Shown: positions 39,371 through 48,291 of the stretch, piece after piece | How the letters are laid out: each line of letters opens with the position of its first letter | Numbering within the stretch: position 1 is the first letter of the stretch | Assembly: GCA_963741945.1 (NCBI GenBank) | Contig: CAVUKA010000001.1 | Span: 1,056,001-1,120,000, forward strand | Reading direction: 5' to 3' | Length of the DNA stretch: 64,000 nucleotides | From: an uncultured Gemmatimonadales bacterium | GTDB lineage: Bacteria; Gemmatimonadota; Gemmatimonadetes; Longimicrobiales; RSA9 | Made by a program: the position numbers and the translations under genes | Notes under the pieces: generated by a model | Databases searched by the model: none | Told to the model about the DNA's origin: nothing | The model's input: the letters and a program-made list of their open reading frames with translations, nothing else

Positions 39371-41219
39371 CGGGGACCGCACAGCCGGGACCGGGCGGCC
39401 CGCCGAGGGGAGGACGGGGAACACCCGACCGTGGCAGCTGACCACGTTCGCGCTGGCGGCCGTGGTCGCGGTGCTCGCGGGCGTCATCGGGTTCCTCCGC
39501 CCGCAGCCCGTTCCGGAAGCGCCCGTCTTCCGGGCCGCGATCTCGCTGCCCCAGTCCCAGGGGATGGTCACCCCTCAGCTCGGCACTTCCTTCACGCTCG
39601 CACCGGACGGCAGCCGGCTGGTGTACGCGAGCCGATCGGCGGGCGCGCCGTGGCAGCTGTGGGTGCGTCCGGCCGACGCGCTGGACGCGACGCCCATCCC
39701 CGGCACGGAAGCGAGCTTCTCTCCTGCCTTCTCGCCCGACGGGGAGGAAGTGGCCTACGCGGACCCGTCCGGGCTGCTCAAGGTGGTGGACATTGACCGC
39801 GGCTCGAACCGGACGCTGGCCGACAGCGCGGTGCTCGTGGTGGACTGGGCTCCGGATGGGCGGATCTACTACATGCACGGCGTGAGCCTCGGCGACATCT
39901 GGCGCGTGTCGGCCGCGGGCGGCGACGCCGAGCCCGCCCCCGTCGTTTCCGGGGCACCGGGCCCGACGCCGCTCTGGGGTCCCGGCGACGTGCTCCCCGG
40001 CGGCGAGGCCATGGTGATCACCCGCTTCCCGGCCGGCAACGCGGGCCCCGGCGGCGCCACGCTGGCGGTGGTGGACTTCACCACCGGAAAGGTGAAGGAC
40101 CTCGGCCAGGGCACCGACCCGCGCTACCTCGCGGGCCACCTGCTCTGGGGCACCCGTGAAGGAACGCTGCTGCGGGCGCCGTTCGACCTCGAGCGGCTGG
40201 AGATCTCGGGCCCGGCGGTGCCGGTCGCGGAGGGGATCCTCCTGGACGCGACGGCCGTCATGCACTACGGCGTCTCCGAGACCGGCTCCCTGGTGTACCG
40301 CACCGGCGCTTCGGCCGGCGGCGTCGGCGGATTGATGTGGGTCGACCGCGAAGGGAATCGGGAGCGGGCGTCGGACCTCGAGGTGGGCCTCACCATCGGC
40401 CTGTGGGACTCGCTGGACCTGTCGCCCGACGGGACCACCGTCGCCCTGAGCCGGGCCGACGGGCTCAACTCCCACATCTGGATCCAGCGGCTCGACCGCG
40501 ACGCCCCGCCCAGCCGCGTCACATTCGGCGGCACGTTCAACGTGCGGCCCCGGTGGGCCGACGGCGGCCGCTCCCTGACCTTCGTCAGCAACCTCGCCGG
40601 GCAGGGCGCTCCCACGCAGATCTGGAAGAAGTCCGCCGCGGGATCCGGTGCCCCCCAGCCCGTGGTTGTGGCCGACCGGGAGGTGGAGGAGGGCTTCATG
40701 TCGCCGGACGGAAAATGGTACGTCTATCGCGTGGGCGGGACGACCTCCAACCGGGACATCTACGCGAAACGGGTCGAGGGCGACAGCGCCGGCATCCCCC
40801 TCGTCGCCACATCGCAGAACGAGCGCTCGCCCGTCCTGTCTCCCGACAGCCGCTGGCTCGCGTACGTGTCCGACGAGGCGGGGCAGGACGAAGTCTTCGT
40901 CACCCCCTTCCCGAACGCCGCCGACGGGAAGTGGCAGGTGTCCGCGGGCGGTGGCCACTCGGCGGCCTGGAGCCCGGATGGCACCGAGCTGTTCTTCGTG
41001 GGCACGTCCAACGACATGATGGCCGCGAGCTATACGGTGTCCGGCGGCGCCTTCGTCGTCACAGGGATCAGGACGCTGTTCAACACCAACGGCATGCTCA
41101 TGGGGATCAACAACAAGTCCTACTCCATCAACCCAATGGACGGGCGCTTCCTGGTCATCTCGCTGGGCGACGCCGAGGCCCAGCTGGTCTGGGTCCAGAA
41201 CTGGGACCGGGACCTGTGA
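38529..41219 (+). CDS. Ser/Thr kinase-TM-TolB/PD40 beta-propeller protein
   Basis: ATGA overlap with upstream stop; LGEGGM, HRDIKPAN, DFG, YMSPEQ, TM, multiple SPDG repeats. Confidence 0.92.
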   Translation: MSDIVARLNAALEGRYRIDRQLGEGGMATVFLAHDVKHDRQVAIKVLRPELAAVVGADRFLSEIRTTANLEDPHILPLYDSGEADSFLFYVMPYVEGDSLRDRLRREHQLPVEEAVDIARNVAGALAFAHQKGIVHRDIKPANILLRRGEPLVADFGIALALSEAGDGRLTETGLSLGTPHYMSPEQASGERSLDPRSDVYALGCVLYEMLTGEPPHAGPTAQAVLAKILTEEPRRARAVRRAVPENVDAALAKALEKLPADRMPSPRAFAEALDDPGFRHGDRTAGTGRPAEGRTGNTRPWQLTTFALAAVVAVLAGVIGFLRPQPVPEAPVFRAAISLPQSQGMVTPQLGTSFTLAPDGSRLVYASRSAGAPWQLWVRPADALDATPIPGTEASFSPAFSPDGEEVAYADPSGLLKVVDIDRGSNRTLADSAVLVVDWAPDGRIYYMHGVSLGDIWRVSAAGGDAEPAPVVSGAPGPTPLWGPGDVLPGGEAMVITRFPAGNAGPGGATLAVVDFTTGKVKDLGQGTDPRYLAGHLLWGTREGTLLRAPFDLERLEISGPAVPVAEGILLDATAVMHYGVSETGSLVYRTGASAGGVGGLMWVDREGNRERASDLEVGLTIGLWDSLDLSPDGTTVALSRADGLNSHIWIQRLDRDAPPSRVTFGGTFNVRPRWADGGRSLTFVSNLAGQGAPTQIWKKSAAGSGAPQPVVVADREVEEGFMSPDGKWYVYRVGGTTSNRDIYAKRVEGDSAGIPLVATSQNERSPVLSPDSRWLAYVSDEAGQDEVFVTPFPNAADGKWQVSAGGGHSAAWSPDGTELFFVGTSNDMMAASYTVSGGAFVVTGIRTLFNTNGMLMGINNKSYSINPMDGRFLVISLGDAEAQLVWVQNWDRDL

Positions 41220-41298
41220 CCGGGCGCGCACGCCCCGCGGCGGCGGCGAGATCCGCTACCGCCCTCTCCGTTCACACGCCCCCCGGGGGTAGCACGCC

Positions 41299-42165
41299 AT
41301 GAGCGATCCGGTGATCGGGCGGCAGAACCGCCCGCAGTTCCGCGACATCGACGCGTTCGGTCTCACCCACCCCGGCCTGGTACGGACAGAGAACCAGGAC
41401 CACTTCTTCGTGGGCGCGCTGGCGCGTGGCGTGACCGTCGACGCCAGCAGCATCGTGGGCGACCGCCGACGCATCCTGCACCCGGAGCGACTCGCTTCCC
41501 TCGCCATCGTCGCCGATGGCGTGGGCAGCACGGCGGGCGGGGGCGAAGCGGCGAGGACAGCCGTGAAGGACCTCCTCGCCTCCGTCTCCCGGTTCTTTCA
41601 CCACGCCGACCTGAAGGAGCGTGAGGACCCCGACGTCTTCTCACGCCTCCTCAGCGACGCAGCCCTCGGCTGCCACGACAGCCTGCTCGAGAAAGCCGAG
41701 AAGGAGGGGGACCGAAGACGCTACGCCACCACGCTCACGCTCTTCCTCGGCCTGTGGCCTCACGCCTACCTGCTCCAGGTGGGAGACTCGCGGGCGTACA
41801 TCTTCCAGGGAGGTGAGCTGACGCAGGTCAGCCGGGACCAGACCGTCGCGCAGGAGCTCGTCGACAGCGGCGCGCTCACCCGGACGGTGGCCGAGGGCAC
41901 GCGCTGGGCGAACGTCCTGTCCAGCGCCATCGGTGGCGCGGAAGCCGCGCCCGTGGTCACGCGGGTGACGCGCGAGTGGGGGAGCGTGGTGCTGCTCTGC
42001 AGCGACGGCCTGACCAAGCACGTGCCGGACGCCCGCCTCGCCGAGCGCCTCGCCACGATCCGGAGATCGCGCGACACGGCGGAGCAGCTGCTCCAGGATG
42101 CACTGGACGGCGGCGGGACCGACAACATCACGGTGGTGCTCGGGCGGACGGTAGGACCGGCCTAG
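41299..42165 (+). CDS. PP2C/PPM Ser/Thr phosphatase
   Basis: GLVR.ENQD, VADGVG, TTLT, VGDSRAY, LCSDGLT, GG.DNIT. Confidence 0.92.
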   Translation: MSDPVIGRQNRPQFRDIDAFGLTHPGLVRTENQDHFFVGALARGVTVDASSIVGDRRRILHPERLASLAIVADGVGSTAGGGEAARTAVKDLLASVSRFFHHADLKEREDPDVFSRLLSDAALGCHDSLLEKAEKEGDRRRYATTLTLFLGLWPHAYLLQVGDSRAYIFQGGELTQVSRDQTVAQELVDSGALTRTVAEGTRWANVLSSAIGGAEAAPVVTRVTREWGSVVLLCSDGLTKHVPDARLAERLATIRRSRDTAEQLLQDALDGGGTDNITVVLGRTVGPA

Positions 42166-42176
42166 GGCCCGTCCTT

Positions 42177-43914
42177 CTACGCTTCCGCGATCGCTTCCAG
42201 GAAGAGGTCGCCATAGCGCTCCAGCTTCTTCGGCCCCACGCCGGAGATGCGAAGCAGCTCGGCGGGCGTGGACGGCCGCTCATCCGCCATGGCGCGCAGG
42301 ACGCGATCGTTGAACACGATGTAGGCGGGCACGTTGCGCTCGTCGGCGAGCCGCTTGCGCAGCGCGCGCAGCCGGTCGAAGAGGGGATCGGCGTCGGGGT
42401 CGAACCGGGGCGGCGGCGCCTCGTCCCACGGTGCGGGGCCGCCGGAGCCGGGCGCGCCCGCCCGTAGACCCGCTGCCCGTGGCCGGCGCGGCGTTCCCGA
42501 AGCCGCGTCGCCCGGCAGACCTGGCCCGGTTGCTTCCGGAGCGGCCCCGTCGCTCGATCCCGTGGCGCATCATGGCGTCGGCGGCGAGGTCCTCGACGGA
42601 TACGCCGAGGCAGCTGTCGCAAGCGTCGCCGCAATCATCGATCTCCTCTTCGAAATGGGCGACGATGGAGCGGTGCCGGCACCCCGGGCGCTCGAGCATC
42701 CGGAACAGCTCCACCGTGGCCTGGTGCTTCTCGTCCCGCAGCGCCGGGTCCTCGATGTCGCGCAGGAAGCGCTCGTGCATCTTCACGTCCGCCCAGGAGT
42801 AGAAGAGGAAGCAATCGGCGCGCAGTCCGTCCCGCCCGGCGCGGCCGATCTCCTGGTACCAGCTCTCCACGTCCTTGGGCATGTCACGGTGGACGATGAA
42901 GCGGACGTTCGACTTGTCGATCCCCATGCCGAACGCGATCGTGGCCACGATCACATCGGCGTCATCCTTCTGGAACGCCTCCTGGTTGGACGCCCGCTCG
43001 TCGTCCGTCATGCCGGCGTGGTACGGAAGCGCGCGGATCCCGTGCCCGGACAGGTACTCGGCCGTCTGCTCCACGCCCCGCCGCGACAGACAGTAGATGA
43101 TCCCGCTCTGCCCGAGCCGCTCCCGTACCAGAGCCAGGATCTCGCGACGCGTGTTCCCCCCCTGCCCTTTCTTCCGGACGTGGATCCGCAGGTTGCGACG
43201 GAAGAACGAACCCTTGTACCCCTCCGGCCTGCGCATTCCCAGCTGCCGCAGGATGTCCCGCGCCACCTGGCGAGTGGCCGTGGCCGTGAGCGCCAGCACG
43301 GGTACACCGAGCTCCTCCTTGAGGCCCCGCAGACGACGGTAGCTGGGGCGGAAGTCGTGCCCCCACTGAGAGATGCAGTGCGCCTCGTCCACCACCAGCA
43401 GCGACACCGGCCAGCTCCGTATCGCATCCCGCAGCGCGCCGTCCAGCGCTTCCGGCGCCAGGTACACCAGCTCGTACTCGCCCCGGCGGATCCCGTCCAG
43501 GCGTTGCACCCGCTCCTCCCACGACAGGGATGAATTCACCGCCGTTGCCCGGAACCCCCACTCCGAAAGCGCATCCACCTGGTCCTTCATGAGGCTGATG
43601 AGCGGCGATACCACCAGCGCCGTGCCGGGTAGCAGCCGGGCCGGTACCTGGAACGTCAGCGATTTCCCCGCCCCCGTGGGCATCACGGCGATGCAGTCAC
43701 GCCCGCGCAACACGGCCTCGATCACTTCCTCCTGGCCGGGGCGGAACGCGTCGTAGCCGAAGACCTCACGCAGCACATCCAGCGGCCGCACGGTCGGCGG
43801 CACATCCGGTACCGGTCCGCCTGCGGCCGCACCGCCACCCGACACGGGGGATGGCCGCCCCTCCGGCGTTTCCGGAACGGGGGTGGAAAAGAGGTCCAGG
43901 GGATCGTCGGCCAT
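42177..43914 (-). CDS. recQ: RecQ helicase; C-terminal HRDC domain lies in a shifted frame (+1 shift in linker ~42400-42570)
   Basis: [47 protein letters not shown], Zn Cys; [26 protein letters not shown]…[11 protein letters not shown] out of frame, TAG at 42177. Confidence 0.9.
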
Positions 43915-44207
43915 GCGTTCTATGCTGCGGTGTGCGTCGGGGCAGGAACATAACCCATCGGGACGACACGCGGGGGATGAGAGCGGGACCGATGGGCGCG
44001 CAGCCGCGCGATCAGCCGCGCACCGGGGCGCTCCCGGCCGGCCTCGAGCAGAAACGCTCATGGAACAGGCCGGCGCGGGGCGAGGTGGGGTCCCTGGTGG
44101 GCCGATGCTGCGGTGCCTGGGCCACTGTGGCCCGGGTATCTATATAGCGGCGGGGCGTCAAACCACCGTCAAACCCCATTATCGACCCCGTTCGGCCGGG
44201 AGCCGTG

Positions 44208-45761
44208 TCAGGGCAGGTATGCCGCGGTCAGCTCCCTGAACGTCTCGACCTGAGCGTCAATCCAGGCGGCGTCACGGCCCAGCTCGCGGGCGATGAGCCC
44301 GGCGACGCGCGGCGCGGCGTCGGCGGCAGCGCGAGCGTCGAGGAGGAGTGCGCGAGTGCGGCGGGAGAGGACGTCCTCGACCGTGCGTGCCATCTCGTGG
44401 CGCGCGGCCCAGACCACCTGGCCCGCACGGATGTCGAAGGCGGGGTGGATGGGCGCCTGCCAGTCGGCGTTCTCGGTGATGAGCTCGCGGAGCGCGGGTG
44501 CGTCGGAGCCGTAATGCTCGAGCTCGGCGAAGCGATCGGCATGGGCGTGATAGCCGTGGATGCGGAGTCCGCGGGTGGTGCAGGGGCGGTCATCGAGGCC
44601 GGCGAGGGTGGCGGCCTGGTCGACGGTGTCCTCGGCCATCTTCCGGTACGTGGTCCACTTCCCGCCGGCAATGGTCACGAGGCCGGACTCGGAGATGAGG
44701 AGGGTGTGGTCGCGGGATAGGGAGGCGGTGGAGCCCTCGTCGTCCGCGCCGACGAGCGGCCGCAGGCCTGCGAAGATGCTGAGGATGTCGGAGGGCTCGG
44801 GATCCCGATCGAGGTAGCGTCCCGCGTGCTCGAGGAGGAAGTCCACCTCCTCCGCCATCGGCCTGGGCTCGAGCGACGGCCCGGGGACGGGCGTGTCGGT
44901 GGTGCCGACCACCACGCGATCGAGCCAGGGGATGGCGAAGAGGACGCGGCCGTCGTCCGTCTTCGGGACCATGATGGCGCTCTCGCCGGGGAGGAAATCC
45001 CGCGGGAGCACCAGGTGGATGCCCTGGCTCGGGCGGATGAGATGCGGCGCCGCGGGGTCGTCCATACGACGGAGCTCGTCGGTCCAGACGCCGGTGGCGC
45101 TGACGACGACGGCGCCGCGCAGCTCGTGCTCGCGCCCGCTCTCCTCGTCCCGCGCCCGCACGCCGACCACCTCTCCACCCTGCTTGAGGAGCTCCAGCAC
45201 ACGGACGTAGTTGACCAGGACGGCTCCCTGCTCGGCGGCCGTCTGAGCCATGTTGATGGCGAGCCGGGCGTCGTCGAACTGGCCGTCGTAGTAGATGACG
45301 CCGCCGTTCAGCCCTTCCGGCTCGAGGGTGGGGAGGAGCTGGAGGGTGCGCTCGCGGGAGAGCAGCCTTGAGCGGCCGAACCCCTGCTTCCCCGCCAGGA
45401 GATCGTACATCTTCAGGCCAATGCCATAGAACGGCCCTTCCCACCACTCGTAGTTGGGCACCACGAAGGAGAGGTTCCGGACCAGGTGGGGCGCGTTGGC
45501 CAGCAGCAGCCCGCGCTCCTTGAGAGCCTCGATGACCAGCGCGACGTTCCCCTGCTGCAGGTAGCGGACTCCGCCGTGCACCAGCTTCGTGCTCCGGCTC
45601 GATGTGCCCTTCGCGAAGTCGCTCTGCTCCAGCAGCAGCGTGCGGTATCCCCGCGATGCCGCATCGATGGCGACGCCGAGTCCCGTCGCGCCGCCGCCCA
45701 CCACGATGAACTCCCACGGCTCGTCCGCATCCAGGCGCGCGATCATCCGATCCCGGTTCAT
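44208..45761 (-). CDS. glpD: FAD-dependent glycerol-3-phosphate dehydrogenase/oxidase
   Basis: GGGATG, DFAKGTSSRSTKLVHGGVRYL, DGQFDDARL, GTTD, GLRPL, GGKWTTYR. Confidence 0.92.
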   Translation of the reverse strand: MNRDRMIARLDADEPWEFIVVGGGATGLGVAIDAASRGYRTLLLEQSDFAKGTSSRSTKLVHGGVRYLQQGNVALVIEALKERGLLLANAPHLVRNLSFVVPNYEWWEGPFYGIGLKMYDLLAGKQGFGRSRLLSRERTLQLLPTLEPEGLNGGVIYYDGQFDDARLAINMAQTAAEQGAVLVNYVRVLELLKQGGEVVGVRARDEESGREHELRGAVVVSATGVWTDELRRMDDPAAPHLIRPSQGIHLVLPRDFLPGESAIMVPKTDDGRVLFAIPWLDRVVVGTTDTPVPGPSLEPRPMAEEVDFLLEHAGRYLDRDPEPSDILSIFAGLRPLVGADDEGSTASLSRDHTLLISESGLVTIAGGKWTTYRKMAEDTVDQAATLAGLDDRPCTTRGLRIHGYHAHADRFAELEHYGSDAPALRELITENADWQAPIHPAFDIRAGQVVWAARHEMARTVEDVLSRRTRALLLDARAAADAAPRVAGLIARELGRDAAWIDAQVETFRELTAAYLP

Positions 45762-45894
45762 GGCCCTCTCCAGTGTGCTCGTCTGCCCGGCAACCGCATC
45801 CTGCCAAGGTAAGCGTGGATGGCGGGCCAGGCATGGGGTCTGCGGCATCGAGGAGGAACGGACACGGAAGGAGCCAACCCGCCGAGGAGCATTC

Positions 45895-46530
45895 ATGACG
45901 CGCATCATCCTCCGCCCTGGAGCCGCCGGTCGAGCGCTGCCGATCATTGCCCTGGCCCTGGCCGCGTGCAACGGTGGCGTGGCACTCCCCGGGCCGGGGG
46001 GCGGCCCCGCGCCGGGTCCCCTGACCATCGACATCTCCCCTGAGCAGGGCACGCGCGGCGAGGGCGTGCGCGTGCAGGCGTGGGGGTTCCAGCCCGGGGC
46101 CCGGGTCGACATCGGCTTCGGGCCGCCCGACTCCGAGTACGAAGTCATCGCCCACGCGGTGGCGGGAGAGCAAGGGCAGGTGGACGTGCGAGTGGACGTG
46201 CCGGAATGGGCGGACACGGAGCGCGACTATGTCTTCGTGGCCGATTCTCCCCGGGGCAGGCGAGTGGTGTCCGATCCGTTCCGTGTGATTGCGGCGGGCG
46301 CCCCGGCGCAAGTCACGGTGACGGGCGTGCTCACGGGTGAAGGGGTGGAGTGTCCGGCGCTCCGAACGGACCAGGGCAAGCTGTACACGCTGGCCGGCGA
46401 TCTGGGCGGGCATCGGGAGGGGGACCGGGTGACGGTCACCGGGTCGATCGCCGAGGCATCCGTCTGCATGCAGGGCACCACGCTGAGCATTGCCCGGATC
46501 ACGGCGGCTGGCGGCGGCTCGAGCCGGTAA
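45895..46530 (+). CDS. Lipoprotein with Ig-like and DUF5818-like domains
   Basis: lipobox LAAC; EGVEC…YTL.G…GDRV.VTG…S.CMQG; RBS GAGGAG. Confidence 0.7.
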   Translation: MTRIILRPGAAGRALPIIALALAACNGGVALPGPGGGPAPGPLTIDISPEQGTRGEGVRVQAWGFQPGARVDIGFGPPDSEYEVIAHAVAGEQGQVDVRVDVPEWADTERDYVFVADSPRGRRVVSDPFRVIAAGAPAQVTVTGVLTGEGVECPALRTDQGKLYTLAGDLGGHREGDRVTVTGSIAEASVCMQGTTLSIARITAAGGGSSR

Positions 46531-46847
46531 GTGTTCGCCGTACTGCTGCGGCCCTTGCCAATGCCAGGCGCCTCCTCCACGTTGTGAGCCACTCGCGGGC
46601 GCGAGAAGCGTCGGCGCGAGGGGGCACTCCGGTGGACTCGAAACGCTTTCATGCGACGAGCAGCACCCCACCGCCACGATGCGGTGGAAGACGGGCCGAA
46701 GAGGGCCAACGCCGTCCGCCCGGACGGCCGTGGACCGAGGGCGCGCCGCGCCCGGCCTGGAGCCCCCCACAGCATCCCCGCAGTTCCCACACACCACAAC
46801 CAGGAATGGTAGCGGCATCGCTCGCCGCGGCCTGAAAGGACCAGCGC

Positions 46848-48209
46848 ATGTCGGACTATATCTCCGAGTTGATGGCCGATGTGAAAGCGAAGGATCCGGC
46901 CCAGCCCGAATTCCACCAGGCGGTGCAGGAGGTCGCGGAATCCATCGAGCTCGTGCTCGAGCGGCACCCGGAGTATCAGGCTTCGAAGATCCTCGAGCGG
47001 ATCATCGAGCCGGAGCGGTTGATCATGTTCCGGGTGCCGTGGATCGACGACGAGGGAACGCCGCAGATCAATCGCGGATTCCGCATCGAGATGAACAGCG
47101 CGATCGGACCCTACAAGGGCGGACTCCGCTTCCACCCGTCCGTGAATGTGGGCATCCTGAAGTTCCTCGCCTTCGAGCAGGTCTTCAAGAACGCGCTCAC
47201 GACGCTGCCCATGGGCGGCGGCAAGGGCGGCAGTGACTTCGACCCGAAAGGCAAGAGCGACAACGAGGTGATGCGCTTCTGCCAGAGCTTCATGACGGAG
47301 CTGTGGCGTCACATCGGCCCGAACACGGACGTCCCGGCCGGCGACATCGGGGTGGGCGGCCGCGAGGTGGGCTTCCTGTTCGGGCAGTACAAGCGCATCG
47401 CCAACGAGTTCACCGGCGTTCTCACGGGGAAGGGTCTGAACTGGGGCGGGTCGTTGATTCGTCCGGAAGCCACCGGCTACGGCGCCGTGTACTTCGCGGC
47501 CAACATGCTGAAGACGCGCGACGCGACCCTGGAAGGGAAGACCTGCCTGGTCTCCGGCTCGGGGAACGTGGCCCAGTACACGGCCGAAAAGCTGATCGAG
47601 CTGGGCGCCCGTGTGGTGACGCTCTCGGATTCCAGCGGCTACATCTATGACGAGGCCGGGGTGGACCGTGAGAAGCTCGCGTTCATCATGGACCTGAAGA
47701 ACAAGCGCCGCGGCCGCATCGAGGAGTACGCCGAGAAGTTCGATGGTGTGGTGTACACGCCCGTGGAGCCCGAGCGCGATCACGATCCGCTGTGGGACCA
47801 CGACGCGGATTGCGCGTTCCCCAGCGCCACGCAGAACGAGATCAACGGCAAGGACGCCGCCAACCTGCTGAAGAACGGGGTATACGTCGTGTCCGAGGGC
47901 GCGAACATGCCCACCGTGCCGGCGGGCGTCGAGCAGTTCATCGACGCCGGCATCCTGTACGGCCCCGGGAAGGCGGCGAACGCGGGCGGTGTGGCCGTGT
48001 CCGGGCTGGAGATGGCGCAGAACAGCATGCGGTACGGCTGGACGCGGGAAGAGGTGGACCACCGGTTGCAGCTGATCATGAAGAACATCCACGACACGTG
48101 TCTGGCGGCCGCGGAGCGCTTCGGCGCCCCCGGCAACTACGTCCACGGCGCGAACATCGCCGGGTTCCTCAAGGTGGCGGACGCCATGATCGACCAGGGG
48201 ATGGTCTGA
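46848..48209 (+). CDS. gdhA: NAD(P)-specific glutamate dehydrogenase
   Basis: EFHQAV, GPYKGGLRFH, MGGGKGG, DVPAGDIGVG, RPEATGYG, GSGNV, EGANMP, KAANAGGV. Confidence 0.96.
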   Translation: MSDYISELMADVKAKDPAQPEFHQAVQEVAESIELVLERHPEYQASKILERIIEPERLIMFRVPWIDDEGTPQINRGFRIEMNSAIGPYKGGLRFHPSVNVGILKFLAFEQVFKNALTTLPMGGGKGGSDFDPKGKSDNEVMRFCQSFMTELWRHIGPNTDVPAGDIGVGGREVGFLFGQYKRIANEFTGVLTGKGLNWGGSLIRPEATGYGAVYFAANMLKTRDATLEGKTCLVSGSGNVAQYTAEKLIELGARVVTLSDSSGYIYDEAGVDREKLAFIMDLKNKRRGRIEEYAEKFDGVVYTPVEPERDHDPLWDHDADCAFPSATQNEINGKDAANLLKNGVYVVSEGANMPTVPAGVEQFIDAGILYGPGKAANAGGVAVSGLEMAQNSMRYGWTREEVDHRLQLIMKNIHDTCLAAAERFGAPGNYVHGANIAGFLKVADAMIDQGMV

Positions 48210-48223
48210 CGACACCTACCGAT

Positions 48224-48256
48224 GCCGGCGGGGTCCGCGAGCCGGGCCCCGCCGGC
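48224..48256 (+). terminator. GC-rich hairpin between gdhA and downstream gene, without U-tract (mRNA-stabilising or weak terminator)
   Basis: GCCGGCGGGGTCCG-CGAGC-CGGGCCCCGCCGGC. Confidence 0.4.
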
Positions 48257-48291
48257 CTCCTCACTGCTGTGCGCACGACTCCAGGAGATGC

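Noticed and set aside
35796-41219. 1807-aa giant double kinase as a genuine evolved gene
   Set aside because: The middle ~360 codons are off-frame sequence of a normal propeller. Explained by a single-base insertion.
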